Assembly (NCBI GenBank): GCA_965240325.2
Contig: OZ251225.1
Coordinates: forward strand, 3,968,001 to 4,032,000
Length of the DNA: 64,000 bases
DNA from: Rebecca billardiae RCC1528
Lineage: Eukaryota; Protista; Haptophyta
Reading direction: 5' to 3'
Shown here: positions 44,562 through 56,917 of the stretch, piece after piece
Position numbering within the stretch: the first letter of the stretch is position 1
How the letters are laid out: every line of letters starts with the position of its first letter
The notes under the pieces: generated by a model
What the model saw: the letters and a program-made list of their open reading frames with translations, nothing else
Databases searched by the model: none
Told to the model about the DNA's origin: nothing
Made by a program: the position numbers and the translations under genes

Positions 44562-47500
44562 CAAGGGTGGTGGGCGCACGGTCGGACTCGGCAAGTTGGC
44601 ACGCCCTCCGCACTGGGGCGTCCCAACTTTCCGGAGGGCGTGCCAACTTGGAAGTTGGTAGGCGCCCGCCGCCCTGGGCGCCCGTTGGCGCTGATGGCCG
44701 TGCGGCCGTGCGTGCGCGAGCGCTCGCCTCGCGCCGCGCTCCCGCGCGCACAGCGCGCGCTCGGCCGCGCGCGACGCGGCGGAGTCGAGGCTGACATGCC
44801 CCTGGCCCACTTCGCGCCGCGCAACGCCGCCCACGCCCATCGCCGCTCGCACGCGCAGGCCTGCCGCGCACGGCTTGGGCTTTCAGCACACTGGCTGGCG
44901 GCGGCGCGCCGGGCCGAGGGTTCGGCCGGTGTTGCGCCCCTCGGCCAGGCTGAGACTTGGCGGAGGCGTGGGTAGTATCGTCACCTGCCCAGACCCCGGG
45001 CCTCGCCGTCAGAGTGTGCACGCGAGGCGCGCTGTCGTGGTCGACAGGTGAGGCGCCGCGTGCTCGCCCTCGAGCGGGGCAGCGGACGTACCGGCAGGCG
45101 CGCGCGCACACAGCGGGGCTAGCTGCTTCCGGCTGGGTAGATCGACGGCGCATGCCCTGGCCTTGGTCTGGGAGGCGTGCGCGGGTTCGGAGGCCGGTGA
45201 ACGCTCGGCGCGGACCCACGTGTCTTGCCTGGCACGGTTGCGCCACAGCTCGGCAGCCAGTCTCGAGGATGAGTGGCATCAGAGCGCTTGCCGGCGGGCT
45301 GGCGGGCTCAACCGCCGGGCCGATGCCCACGCCTTGGCCGGGATGCGACCAGCCCCGCGTCCTCCGCAGCCGCCTGGAGCCGCCGACCCGCTGCCCAAGG
45401 CCCGCGGCCGGCGGGCCGCTTGGCGGATGGTCAGAAGAGCAGGCGGCCGAGTGGGCTGGGCGGCAGCGAGGGTGGTGGGGATGGAGGCGGGCTCGGCGGC
45501 GGAGGCGGCGGAGGAAGGCGTGATGGCGGGCTCGGCGGCGGTGAGGATGGCAGGTTCAGTGCCGGCGATGACGGTGGGCTTGGCGGTGAGCTCGGCGGTG
45601 GCTAACGTGGCAGACTTGGCGGTGGGATCGGCTGCCGGCTTGGTGGCAACGCAGGCGGCGGCGACGGTAGCGGGCTCGGCAGCGAGCTCGGCGGCGTGGT
45701 CGGAGGCGGTGCTGATGGCGGCGATGATGGTAGCGGGCTTGTTGGCGGCGATGCAGGCAGCGACGGCTGCGTGCTCAGCGGCGGGCTTTGTGGCGGCGAT
45801 GTAGGCGGTGATGACGGTGGTGGGCTCAGCGGCGGGGTCGGTAGCGGCGACGGCAGCGGCAGGCTCGAGGTGGGCTTGGTGGCGGTGATGGCGGTCGGGC
45901 TCGGCGATGGACTTAGCGGCGGTGGGCTCGGGGGCGGAGCCGGTGGCGGCGAAGGAGCCGAGCCCAGCGCCTAGGCTCGGCGCTGGGGTGGATGAGACGG
46001 GCTTGGTTGTCCGTGGAGGGCTTGGTGGCGGCGACTTGGCGACGATGGCTGTGAGCGGCGGAGTGGCCGTGAGCTGGCGGCAGCGGTGACGGTGGCTTGA
46101 GAACCGAGGCTGGCTCGGCGGCGGGTTCGGCGGCCGCGACGGAGACGGGATGTGAGGCGGCTAGGGCGGCGGTGTGGGGCGGGAATACTGCGTCGCTGTT
46201 GCGCTCGGTCAGAGCTTGGCGGGGACACAGCGCGGCCAAGCTCCGGGCGTTGGCGCTGCCGCCAGGTTGGCCGCAGGCCACCCAGTCGGCAAAGCTCGGG
46301 CGGCAGCGATGCCCAGACATGAAGGAGGGCATTGCGGGATCGCTGCGTCACCTCAGGAAGGCTGAGTCTATGAGAGAGATGATCGCCACTGCTCAGTCTG
46401 GTGGAGTTCGATGAACTGACTTAGACGACTTAGCGACCGTAGGCTGCTGCTCGGCGTTGTCAGAGTCGTCATCCAACCTAGCGCCATCTCGGCGCAGTAC
46501 GTATCGATTGAGTCATTGCGCGGAAGAGATGTCATCGCGACTCAGAGTTCGTCACGTGCCACTCAACCGCGTCCCACCGGCCCCACTACCATCTTGGGCG
46601 AGCGCCTGCAGACGATACGGCGGGCAGCATCACAGTCTGCGCTCCTGCTGAGTGCTAGCTGATGATGACTGCGTCAGACGACTGCGCGTTGCAGCCGCAG
46701 CCATACCGTATATACACTCTCAGCAGGATTACGTGCGAGTTGTTCTGCGTCCTAACGGTTCCGGCGCGTGACGTGACGGTTTTGGTGTCAGTATCACATC
46801 ACGACTCGATGGATCACGACGAGTGGCGCTTCACGAGTAAGTGTAGCAGCATTAGAAGCATAGACAGTCGTCCGTCATCGTCTGGTTCCCCTGAGAAGTC
46901 TTCTGGAATGCGTCAGCGACATGCTCCCGCGGCGTGGTCAGTGGTCCAAGTCAGGCACATCCGGCAGCCTGACCTCATCCCACATGCCGCGCGGGCAGAG
47001 GGGCGCGTCGTGCCCACGCGACTGGCATCCAAGAAGTTGCAGGGACGGAATGAGTGTCAGCAGTGGACCGCCCGCGGCTCGCCGCAGCTTCATCAACCAG
47101 AAGATGCCCAACGTGCTCAATTTCATCACCAAGATGCCCCAGGGCATCCAGCTCAAGATTCCAACCTCAACAACCAGAGCAACGACGATGGCGGCTCATC
47201 AGCTCGGCGGGCGACGGGCGGTGGGCATCACGACGACGACGGTGCTGGCGCGGCTGCGAGCGGCGACGCAGCTCCGCGCGGCATCGGCGCGGCTACGAGC
47301 GGCGACGCAGCCGCGCCGCCGCCGCCCGCGCCGCCCGCGGCCGCGCCGCTATCCCGTATAGAACGACCGGCCGTCACGCGCTCGGTGCCACGTACATTCG
47401 GACGCGGCAATGAGTAGCATGCACCACAGTCCGGCCGTCTCAGGTCGCTGTCGTTGGCAGCCAGCCGGCGCCGGGCGCGATGGCGCCGGGCGCTCGCGCG

Positions 47501-49718
47501 CGATCAAGGATTGATTGCCAAGTCGTCAGCCGACGACTGGGAAGCTGAGCCTGATGCTGCCCGCTGCCGGGTCGCGGGACGAATGACGAGCAGCCTACGG
47601 TCCGTGAACCTGCGTCAGCTCCTAGAACTCTTCCAGACATGGTGAGGATCTCCCTCACGAACTCAGCCCTCTCGCGCTGACGCAGCGCGTCCGCTGCCAC
47701 TCTACGGACAGTCTACGGCCCTGCGGCCTGCTGCGTGCCGCGAGCTATCAGACAGCGCGGCCCGCCGGCCGCGGGCCTTGGGCAGCGGGTCGACGGCTCC
47801 AGGCGGCTGCGGAGGACGCGGGGCTGGTCGCATCCCGGCCAAGGCGTGGGCATCGGCCCGGCGGTTGAGCCCGCCAGCCCGCCGGCAAGCGCTCTGATGC
47901 CACTCATCCTCGAGACTGGCTGCCAGAGCTGTCGCGCAACCGTGCCAGGCAAGACACGTGGGTCCGCGCCGAGCGTTCACCGGCCTCCGAACCCGCGCAC
48001 GCCTCCCAGACCAAGGCCAGGGCATGCGCCGTCGATCTACCCAGCCGGAAGCAGCTCGACAGCCCCGCTGTGTGCGCGCGCGCCTGCCGGTACGTCCGCT
48101 GCCCCGCTCGAGGGCGAGCACGCGGCGCCTCACCTGTCGACCACGACAGCGCGCCTCGCGTGCACACTCTGACGGCGAGGCCCGGGGTCTGGGCAGGCGA
48201 CGATACTACCCACGCCTCCGCCAAGTCTCAGCCTGGCCGAGGGGCGCAACACCGGCCGAACCCTCGGCCCGGCGCGCCGCCGCCAGCCAGTGTGCTGAAA
48301 GCCCAAGCCGTGCGCGGCAGGCCTGCGCGTGCGAGCGGCGATGGGCGTGGGCGGCGTTGCGCGGCGCGAAGTGGGCCAGGGGCATGTCAGCCTCGACTCC
48401 GCCGCGTCGCGCGCGGCCGAGCGCGCGCTGTGCGCGCGGGAGCGCGGCGCGAGGCGAGCGCTCGCGCACGCACGGCCGCACGGCCATCAGCGCCAACGGG
48501 CGCCCAGGGCGGCGGGCGCCTACCAACTTCCAAGTTGGCACGCCCTCCGGAAAGTTGGGACGCCCCAGTGCGGAGGGCGTGCCAACTTGCCGAGTCCGAC
48601 CGTGCGCCCACGGGTGTCCAGGGTCCGCAACAGCCAGTGCGCAGCGCGGCAGAGGCTGTGACAGAGGCAGGTCGCCGCTCGCCAGTGGGACTCGCCCGCC
48701 CGCCGCCCTGCACGGCGGCGGGGCCGCTCGCGCCGTGCGCTCCTGCGGCCGTCGGATCGGGCTGCGTAGGCGGCGCGTGGCGTGGGCCGTCGCAGAGCCA
48801 CCCAGCGCCCCTCTCTGCGCCGCGCGCCTTCCTCGTCCTCGCCTCCTCCGCGCCTTGGAGCAGCACGCACACGCGCGGCGCCGCACAAAGGCAGCCCAGG
48901 CGCTCGTGTGCAAGCGTGCGCGCACGCAGCGCGACGGGCTTGACTCGGGGCTCGCGCCGCTGCGGGGGCATGCAGCACCATCACATGCGCGCGCGACGCC
49001 ACCTCGAGCCTGCGCATCGCTGTGACCGTCACGTGCCAAATGCTCACACGTCCTCGTGTTGAAGTAGGCCCAATCTGACCAGAACCTGCCATGCGTCAGG
49101 ACGACTTCTTAGGCAAGACACGATGACAGCTACGTACGCGGCGCTTCTCAGCAAGCGTGGAGACCACAAGAGAAGCGCACGCAAGCATGACCATCTCCGC
49201 ATCGATCGCGTCGACGCACTCAAGGCCCGTTGTGGAAGCTTCCGTCGCACGTGTGATGATGCCAAGTCAGACCATTTTGTAACGTGCATCAGCGTGCACT
49301 GACGGTCAAACGCGCAGGCTCGAGGTGGCGTCGCGCGCGCATGTGATGGTGCTGCATGCCCCCGCAGCGGCGCGAGCCCCGAGTCGAGCCCGTCGCGCTG
49401 CGCGCGCGCACGCTTGCACGCGAGCGCCTGGGCTGCCTTTGTGCGGCGCCGCGCGTGTGCGTGCTGCTCCAAGGCGCGGAGGAGGCGAGGACGAGGAAGG
49501 CGCGCGGCGCAGAGAGGGGCGCTGGGTGGCTCTCCGACGGCCCAAGCCGCGCGCCGCCTACGCAGCCCGATCCGACGGCCGCAGGAGCGCACGGCGCGAG
49601 CGGCTCCGCCGCCGTGCACGGCGGCGGGCGGGCGAGTCCCACTGGCGAGCGGCGACCTCGCGATGTCACAGCCTCTGCCGCGCTGCGCACTGGCTGTTGC
49701 GGACCCTGGACACCCTTG
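44562..49718. mobile_element. P/Galileo-like non-autonomous foldback (1.1 kb when uninterrupted, ~410-bp TIRs)
   Basis: Ends CAAGGGTG...CACCCTTG; 7-bp TSD CTTGGGA (44555-61, 49719-25). Interrupted 8 bp from its left end; second copy at 63303. The superfamily is inferred from the termini and TSD length. Confidence 0.8.
44570..48611. mobile_element. Foldback element with ~850-bp TIRs and 5-bp TSD, nested in the P-like element
   Basis: Arms 44570-45419 and 47757-48611; ends GTGGGCGCACGG/CCGTGCGCCCAC; TSD GGGTG (44565-69, 48612-16). The interior holds decayed Pro/Ser- or Gly-rich coding fragments. Confidence 0.88.
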
Positions 49719-51020
49719 CTTGGGAACACCTTTCGCTACAGGTCAGCGCGCTAGTACAAGAATGCGCCAAAGAAGTGCCATCACTACTCCGCAATAGCGC
49801 TGGCACCCGCACCAGCGGGCAAAGCCGCCATTTTGTGATTTTGGCATTTTGCCGCGCGCTTTGGCCGGAAGGGTCAAGGGTGGGGTCCCACCCTTCGCGA
49901 TGGCGCCCGTGCGCGCGAGCTCTGACGACGGCGCAAGGCTCAGAGTGGCGAGCGGAAGGGTCGGTACGGTCGGTATGGGTGACGAGGTAGACGATTGACC
50001 CGATGGGCTGCCATCTGCGGACGAACTTGGCCCGCTCGAGCTCGACGATCTGGCCGACGGTCGTTGAGACGCCAACCGGCTCAGAGCCCGCGCGCGACGC
50101 TGGGGGTAAGATAGATACATCTGACCCAACGCCCAGCCAGGGCGACGCGTAGTGTCAAGGTGCTCAGCCCCCTCGCGGACGCAGGCACGGCGGTGGTTGC
50201 GGTCGCTCGCGCCCTCCTGCCTGCCAGGCATGCGGTCGAGCCTTCAATCCCATCAGCTGCAACGTCTACCACGGCTGGTAGCCTGCTGATCCAGACGCCT
50301 AGTGAGCAAACATGTTTCCCCGCTGCGCGCGAGCGAGTGCTGCTGCTGACACTCGATTCTTGCGTATGCGCGCGCGCGGCCGCCCGACGCGTGCACCACG
50401 TCGGCCAGCGGCCAGGCGTGCGCGCGCATCCGCGCGCGATGAAGCGATCTGCTACTCAGGGCGTCCGACACGGGCTGACGTAAGCCAGGGAGTAGTGCGC
50501 GATGCTTCCTGGCCACGCTGCACTCGTAGCACGCGTTTCTGGCTGACCAGAGCGCCTCAATGTGTCAGCGTAGGTGAATAAGGGTGGGATCCCACCCTTT
50601 TTCGGATTTTGACCGTTACCTGTTGCATGTAACGGCCGTGACGTGACATATGTGACAGATGAAGATCGGTGTATACCCAATTCGAGGTCGCTACTGAATC
50701 GATCTGTCACTGGCGCGGAACGCCAATCTCAACGCCCTGAAGACGAGAGACGGAGAGCTTGCGAGAGAGAGAGTGAGAGAGAGATCGCAGCGAGTAAGTC
50801 GTTCTAGGCCCGTCGAGCGTGCGCACAATCACATAGCAGGCTCGAAAGCCCTCGTGGCACGAGAAGAGGGTGGCCGAGATGGCAGCCGGACTTGAGCTCG
50901 GCCGCCTGGCTCAGGGCCAGGCCGAATGGCAGGCAGGTGTTGGTACGGCGCATTGCGCTCCTGACACCGCCGTCCTCTTAAACAATCAGTTATTGTAGCG
51001 TGCCCGAATAACCCCCACAT

Positions 51021-51159
<139 letters not shown>

Positions 51160-51368
51160 GCAAAAACGGTGCTGAAGCCGTGGGAGAGTCCAGCCTTCGG
51201 CCAGGCCGGTATATATGGAGATAAAGCGATCTGCGACGAAACTCAGGCGGCTCATCATCAATTATTGGAAGATCGAATCATATAATCGGTGCGGCCTGGC
51301 CCAATGCGGCCTCCGGCCGAAGCAGTGGTAGCGCAGTCGTCATGACGACGAGTCGTCGTGATAGTAAC

Positions 51369-54300
51369 TGTCAAAGGAATCGCCAATCTACAGTGATTTC
51401 CAATTTCCAATCCAACATTTTACTCGCAGTCACACAGTGGCGGCGCGACCGCTGCGGCGGCGCTCGCACAAAATCCTCCAAAATCAACCTGAACCTCATC
51501 CTAAAATACAGCAGGACAGCATGGCTGGCGGCGGCATCTCGAAGTATTCCAGATGATTCTGAATGAACGCGGAAACATGAGCCGAGCACCACGAACACGT
51601 TGTGCTCCGCACCGCAAACAAGAGCCGAAGCTTGTCACACGCGACCTCGACCGTCAAGCTCAAGACGCGTTCCCTGACATGCTAGCACGGTGCTGGGAGA
51701 ACTTGGGCAAGGATGGAGACGACGAGAACAGCGGCAAGGACGTGAACGGCCATCAGCCCGCCCCAGTTGCTCCCCTCATTGGGTTGAAGCCAGGCGTGGC
51801 CGAGCGCGCGGCAATGCCGCGCGGCTCATCGGCGGTTGCGCGCAAGCGCACGCCAGACTACCTCGCGGCTGCCCTGAGGGGCATGCAGGCTGAGAAGAAC
51901 CGGCAAGGCGAGAAGCTCACGCTTCTCCGCAAGCCCATCTCCAGCGCCTCCGGGCCTGGCAACATCGCTGACCTGAACTCAGGCAGCATCGTGTCGTATG
52001 CGCGCAATGCTGCATCGCACGCAAGGCCTCGAGCCGACATCAAGGATCACCTTGAGGAGGAGGTTCGCGCACAGCGCGGTGAGGAGGAGCGTTGCCGCTC
52101 GCATCCCCCGCCATCGCGCCACTCCATCCGCACGCACGTCGTTGCGCAGGGGATCTCAACAACTACCGCCCGGGACTCTGCGCCCGCGAGCGCGGTTCAA
52201 GAGCGCGCGGCTGAGAGCCCGCAGCTCAAGGAGTGCCTTGCGGCCTCCGAGTCATCGAACGAGGTCACCGAGCGTTCCGGGGCAGATGTAGCGCTCGACG
52301 CTGCTGCCGCTGATGCCGCTCCGACCGTCGAGGCCCTCGAGCCTGCCGACGCTGCTCCGCGTGCTGGCCATCTGGCCGCCGCCTGTGACAGCGCAGGTCG
52401 TGCCACCGCCGCAGTCAGTCTGCAGCCTCGCGCGCATGACACTGTGTCTGAGTCTGACCGATCGAACGAGGACATTAGCACCGATGAGTGCGACGCAAAC
52501 GACCTGTATGGTCTGGCAGAGCAAACTATGCTCCAAGATGCTACGACACGTGACTCTGTCACAGCGAGCTCAAGCATCAAGTCAGCGGCCGCATTTATTA
52601 TTGATGCGCCTGACCCAAACAAATACGTTTACCCCAAAATTACCAGCCTCACGATGGCTTCCGAAGCCGAGCTGCTCGCCACGAGCGACACAAGCAGCCG
52701 CGAGATGACCGCCGCAGAGACGGCAGAGTCCTCGTCTGGCACGTATCGACTCGCGTCGAACGTAGGAAGCGCATGCGATGCAGGGGGGGCATCATACACC
52801 TGCTTGACGGCAAAGCCGCAGCAAAACCAAGTTGGCGAGCGCGACGCGCGTGCGCATGCATCAGCTGCGTCAGCCATCACAACGCCACACTCTTGCAAGG
52901 AAGAGTATTCCGCCGAAGCTGCCGCGGATGCACATGCATCACCGCTGGACAGAACGAGCGTGAAGAAGCCCAAAGAAGGCACCACAGCCTCGACGAGGGT
53001 CACTCCTCGCTCGAAGGTAGAGCGCGAATCGCCACAGAGCGCGCGCGACACATCGACCAATGCACTTGAGTCGAAGAAACGTGACTGGATAGTCATCGAA
53101 GGAGGAGTCACAGACTCTAATCCAACCAAGAAGGAACGTGTGTTCATGGCACGCGAATCCTCGGCAGGAGTGGATACACCCGCCACACACAAGCTGACAC
53201 AGTCGGCTCTGAAATCCAAGCGCGCGGTACACAGCGCGATACGGGATGCACTCGCAGAAGTGAGCACCTACTACAAGGGCAAATCCTCAGATGTCACACC
53301 GGACATAATGGAGCCCAAGGATAGCAAGCTATCCGGCTTTCAACTCATTGCCAAAGACAAATGGGTGAAAGACGCAGCCAAAATCGATCCATACAAGGCT
53401 GACAACGCTGACGCCAACAAGATCGGATCGGTCTACGATCGATCTGCGGCAGCGATATTCAAGCAGCTGAAGGACTCTATCGAGCCTCAGTTATTCGCCT
53501 ATCTGGAATCGAAGCTGCACATCAGCGATCCGACCAAGAACTACTTGGATCTGGCGCTGCTGCTACAGATATTTGAGCGCGAGCTCAAGATCACAACTAT
53601 GTCCGAACTCAGGGATGAATTCCTGAAGTTATACCCGACAAAGGTGTCGCCCATTGGCGCATCGGACATTATCAAGAAATCCGTCGAGCAAGTCCGCTCA
53701 TCTCGATATGGGAATCTGGACGATGCTACGATGTTGGTCTTCAAGCTGTATAACAGCATGCACGACCATCCCCAAGTCTACGAGTCAGTTATCTCGCACT
53801 TCGGAGCGCTCACGCCCGAGCAATGTGTGGATAACACTGACCAGATAATGGCCCAGATGGAAGATGCCTACAAACGGCACGGCTCAATGAAGCTACTCCA
53901 TCAGAACAATACCAAGGGGAGAGAGACCGAAAACTATTCCAAGATACGCCAAAATGCTGATTATCAGCAAGGCACGCGGCGACGCGGTGACTTTGAGGGC
54001 GCCGAAGTCTTCGCCGCTCAGGCCCAAAAGGCTCCAGCCAATGGCGAGAGCGGGCCGAATAACTCGGACACCGGCAAACGGTGCACTCACTGTGGTCTCA
54101 AGAACCATACTGCCCAGCAGTGTTGGAAGCTCCACCCAGAGCTACGCCCCAAGGCCAACAATTACAACAAAGGCAAAAACAAGGGAGCCAACAAATTTCC
54201 CAAGGAGCGTATCCATTTCCTGGATATTCCTGCTCCGGATGCCTATGATTAACTATCAAGGCAGGGCATGACCCAATAACAAGGTCCAAAATCAAGGCCA

Positions 54301-54830
54301 AAGAGTGAACATATGGTGCAAATAAGCCCAGGACTGACTCGGGTTACCCAAAACCGTCACACGGAAGTCCCAGCACATGACCCGTATCCTGGCATTGGCA
54401 ACCATTACTGACTCCAATTCACTCATGCACACAGATGCACAAACAATACCAAGCCCAAAATCACTCATAATCCAAGCTTAGTCCTCACAGACGAGCGCAT
54501 ATTGGATTGAGGGGGGGTGTCAAAGGAATCGCCAATCTACAGTGATTTCCAATTTCCAATCCAACATTTTACTCGCAGTCACACAGTGGCGGCGCGACCG
54601 CTGCGGCGGCGCTCGCACAAAATCCTCCAAAATATCAACCTGAACCTCATCCTAAAATACAGCAGGACAGCATGGCTGGCGGCGGCATCTCGAAGTATTC
54701 CAGATGATTCTGAATGAACGCGGAAACATGAGCCGAGCACCACGAACACGTTGTGCTCCGCACCGCAAACAAGAGCCGAAGCTTGTCACACGCGACCTCG
54801 ACCGTCAAGCTCAAGACGCGTTCCCTGACA
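51369..54830 (+). mobile_element. Gag-only non-autonomous LTR retrotransposon (TR-GAG-like)
   Basis: LTRs at 51369-51679 and 54518-54830 (only a 2-nt indel seen); TGTCA...TGACA; TSD GTAAC; PPT GAGGGGGGG; no pol. Confidence 0.93.
51553..54252 (+). CDS. Extended Gag (long S/A/T-rich N-terminus, Copia-type Gag, CCHC knuckle)
   Basis: CTHCGLKNHTAQQCWKLHPELRP is typical of Copia Gag. Alternative ATG at 51679 on the LTR boundary. Confidence 0.85.
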   Translation: MILNERGNMSRAPRTRCAPHRKQEPKLVTRDLDRQAQDAFPDMLARCWENLGKDGDDENSGKDVNGHQPAPVAPLIGLKPGVAERAAMPRGSSAVARKRTPDYLAAALRGMQAEKNRQGEKLTLLRKPISSASGPGNIADLNSGSIVSYARNAASHARPRADIKDHLEEEVRAQRGEEERCRSHPPPSRHSIRTHVVAQGISTTTARDSAPASAVQERAAESPQLKECLAASESSNEVTERSGADVALDAAAADAAPTVEALEPADAAPRAGHLAAACDSAGRATAAVSLQPRAHDTVSESDRSNEDISTDECDANDLYGLAEQTMLQDATTRDSVTASSSIKSAAAFIIDAPDPNKYVYPKITSLTMASEAELLATSDTSSREMTAAETAESSSGTYRLASNVGSACDAGGASYTCLTAKPQQNQVGERDARAHASAASAITTPHSCKEEYSAEAAADAHASPLDRTSVKKPKEGTTASTRVTPRSKVERESPQSARDTSTNALESKKRDWIVIEGGVTDSNPTKKERVFMARESSAGVDTPATHKLTQSALKSKRAVHSAIRDALAEVSTYYKGKSSDVTPDIMEPKDSKLSGFQLIAKDKWVKDAAKIDPYKADNADANKIGSVYDRSAAAIFKQLKDSIEPQLFAYLESKLHISDPTKNYLDLALLLQIFERELKITTMSELRDEFLKLYPTKVSPIGASDIIKKSVEQVRSSRYGNLDDATMLVFKLYNSMHDHPQVYESVISHFGALTPEQCVDNTDQIMAQMEDAYKRHGSMKLLHQNNTKGRETENYSKIRQNADYQQGTRRRGDFEGAEVFAAQAQKAPANGESGPNNSDTGKRCTHCGLKNHTAQQCWKLHPELRPKANNYNKGKNKGANKFPKERIHFLDIPAPDAYD

Positions 54831-55079
54831 GTAACTTCAAGTATATAGCAGGTCGCAACACAGTAGTCACTTCAACCGCGACTCACACATTCGGCAAATC
54901 GGCGATGATGATGACCGCGCTATATATATATCGGCCTTGACACTCACTGGCTTGACACGGGCGCCGGGACCAATCAACCGCGGCTTCGAGCCATCAAGAT
55001 TTCGGAGTCGCAGATATATCTCGATTTATTTATGCGCATGGTACCATAGCAGGCACGGCGCACATCATATGACGACTCA

Positions 55080-56018
55080 TCAGGCCATGCGCACCCGCCT
55101 GGCCATCACCACAGGTCGTACACGCGACGGCGTCGTTACGACGCTGGCTGTGACCAGAAACGGCGGCAGCTGCGCCCGTGGCTGCCGCGCTGCCACACCG
55201 CCCGAGGCAGCATTGGCTGTGCTGCTGGTGCGCTTCCGCTGTCGCTTGGCGACGCTCACTTGTTCGATGCTCGTCATGTCTTGCTCCAGCCCGCGCTTGT
55301 GCGCACCACGGCTGCGAAGGCTCTTCATGCCGGCCAGCTTGTGCGCAGCGCACCGGCTGGGACGCGCATCGCCGGGCATGCCGAACGCAGGCCGCGTGGT
55401 GCAGCCGGTGTGATCGCACGTGGGGTTCCTCAGGTCGACCATGCCGGCCAGCTTGTGCGTAGCGCACCGGCTGGCGCGCGCATCGCCGGGCATGCCGAAT
55501 GATGGGCACTTGGTGCAGCCGGCGTGATCACACTTGCGGCTCACCACGTCGACCATGCCGGCCAGCTTGTGCGCAGCGCACCGGCTGGCGCGCGCGTCGC
55601 CCGGCATGCCGAACGCAGGCCGCGTGGTGCAGCCGGTGTGATCACACTTGCGGCTCACCACGTCAACCATGCCGGCCAGCTTGTGCGCAGCGCACCGGCT
55701 GGCGCGCGCGTCGCCCGGCATGCCGAACGAAGGCTGCTTGGTGCAGCCCGCGTGATCGCACTTGCGGTGCTCCAGGTCGACCATGCCGGCCAGCTTGTGC
55801 GCAGCGCACCGGCTGGCGCGCGCGTCGCCGGGCATGCCGAACGCAGGCTGCTTGGTGCAGCCAGCGTGATCACACTGGCGGCGGCTCTTCAGGTCGACCA
55901 TGCCAGCCAGCTTGTGCGTAGCGCACCGGCTGGGGCGCGCGTCGCCCGGCATGCCGAATGAATGCCGCGTGGTGCAGCCAGTGTGATCACACTGATGGCG
56001 GCTCTTCAGGTCGACCAT
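55080..56018 (-). CDS. EsV-1-7 cysteine-rich repeat protein, copy C (6 repeats)
   Basis: Same repeat and tail. Its 3' flank (~54930-55070) is homologous to 6846-7130. Confidence 0.9.
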   Translation of the reverse strand: MVDLKSRHQCDHTGCTTRHSFGMPGDARPSRCATHKLAGMVDLKSRRQCDHAGCTKQPAFGMPGDARASRCAAHKLAGMVDLEHRKCDHAGCTKQPSFGMPGDARASRCAAHKLAGMVDVVSRKCDHTGCTTRPAFGMPGDARASRCAAHKLAGMVDVVSRKCDHAGCTKCPSFGMPGDARASRCATHKLAGMVDLRNPTCDHTGCTTRPAFGMPGDARPSRCAAHKLAGMKSLRSRGAHKRGLEQDMTSIEQVSVAKRQRKRTSSTANAASGGVAARQPRAQLPPFLVTASVVTTPSRVRPVVMARRVRMA

Positions 56019-56917
56019 GCCGGCAAGCTCGTTGTGCGCAGCCTGGCTACCTTATTGTTATTGTTACAGGGTCCCCAACAATTGTTCGGACACTGATTTT
56101 CGCTGACTACCTACCATACGGCTGCTGACGATGAGATGGGCCAAAGGCTCACAGTAGCGCCATGGACTTATGGTACTTCTCGGATGACGACAGGATGTGG
56201 TTGCAGCGAGCGGCGCGCTCAGCGTGTGGCCAGGGCTGGCTTGGATGTACAGCTCAACCGACTTAGCGGTTGGCTCTGAATGAACAGGAATCTGCACGGA
56301 GCCCCCGCCAGGTGGCATGCCTGCTAAAATTCGTATCTGCTGTGTGGCGCACGGTTGCATTTGGCGGCGCCGGCGGGCGGGTTGGTGCGCGCACTGCCAC
56401 TGGGCGGCACTGGTCATCTGGTGCCTGGTGGGCCTCCAGCGTTCGCTGCGGGTAGTGGCGCCGACTGTAGCCCTTGCCTGCACGGCCCCGGAGGCCGCGG
56501 AGCCGATCCGCGATCTCGAGACTGGCCGGGCTCACAGTCACTGTGCACGGCAGCTGTGCAACGGAGAGGTGCGCAACTGGTAGCCTGGTCCGATCGGGTC
56601 GTATACTCCCGGTGGTGTAGCGCTACGCCGCCCGCCCGAGAATATCACTGCATATTATCGTCATCAGATTGAATCATTGTATTTGTAATGATCCGAGTCT
56701 CCCGCTCTCCGGCTCTCGGATCACTCTCCGTCTCAGCTGCTGCTATATCCGCTGTTATTCCGCATATATCGCGTCTGCTGCTGCTGCTGCTTCAGCAAAC
56801 AAAGCATCGTGCGCGCCATACAGCATGCTCCGCCGCACGACCTCGTCATCCGGAGAGAGCAGGAGAGGAGTTGCGACGGCGAGGAGCGCCGCCGCAGCCG
56901 CCCGCGGCACGTCGGCC

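Noticed and set aside
45450-46100. Functional Pro-rich (SPPP) or Gly-rich protein gene
   Set aside because: Frames are broken by stops and shifts; treated as decayed cargo of the foldback element.
36871-50640. Large CACGGCC-ended element enclosing the TE nest
   Set aside because: Only a 7-bp match and no TSD.
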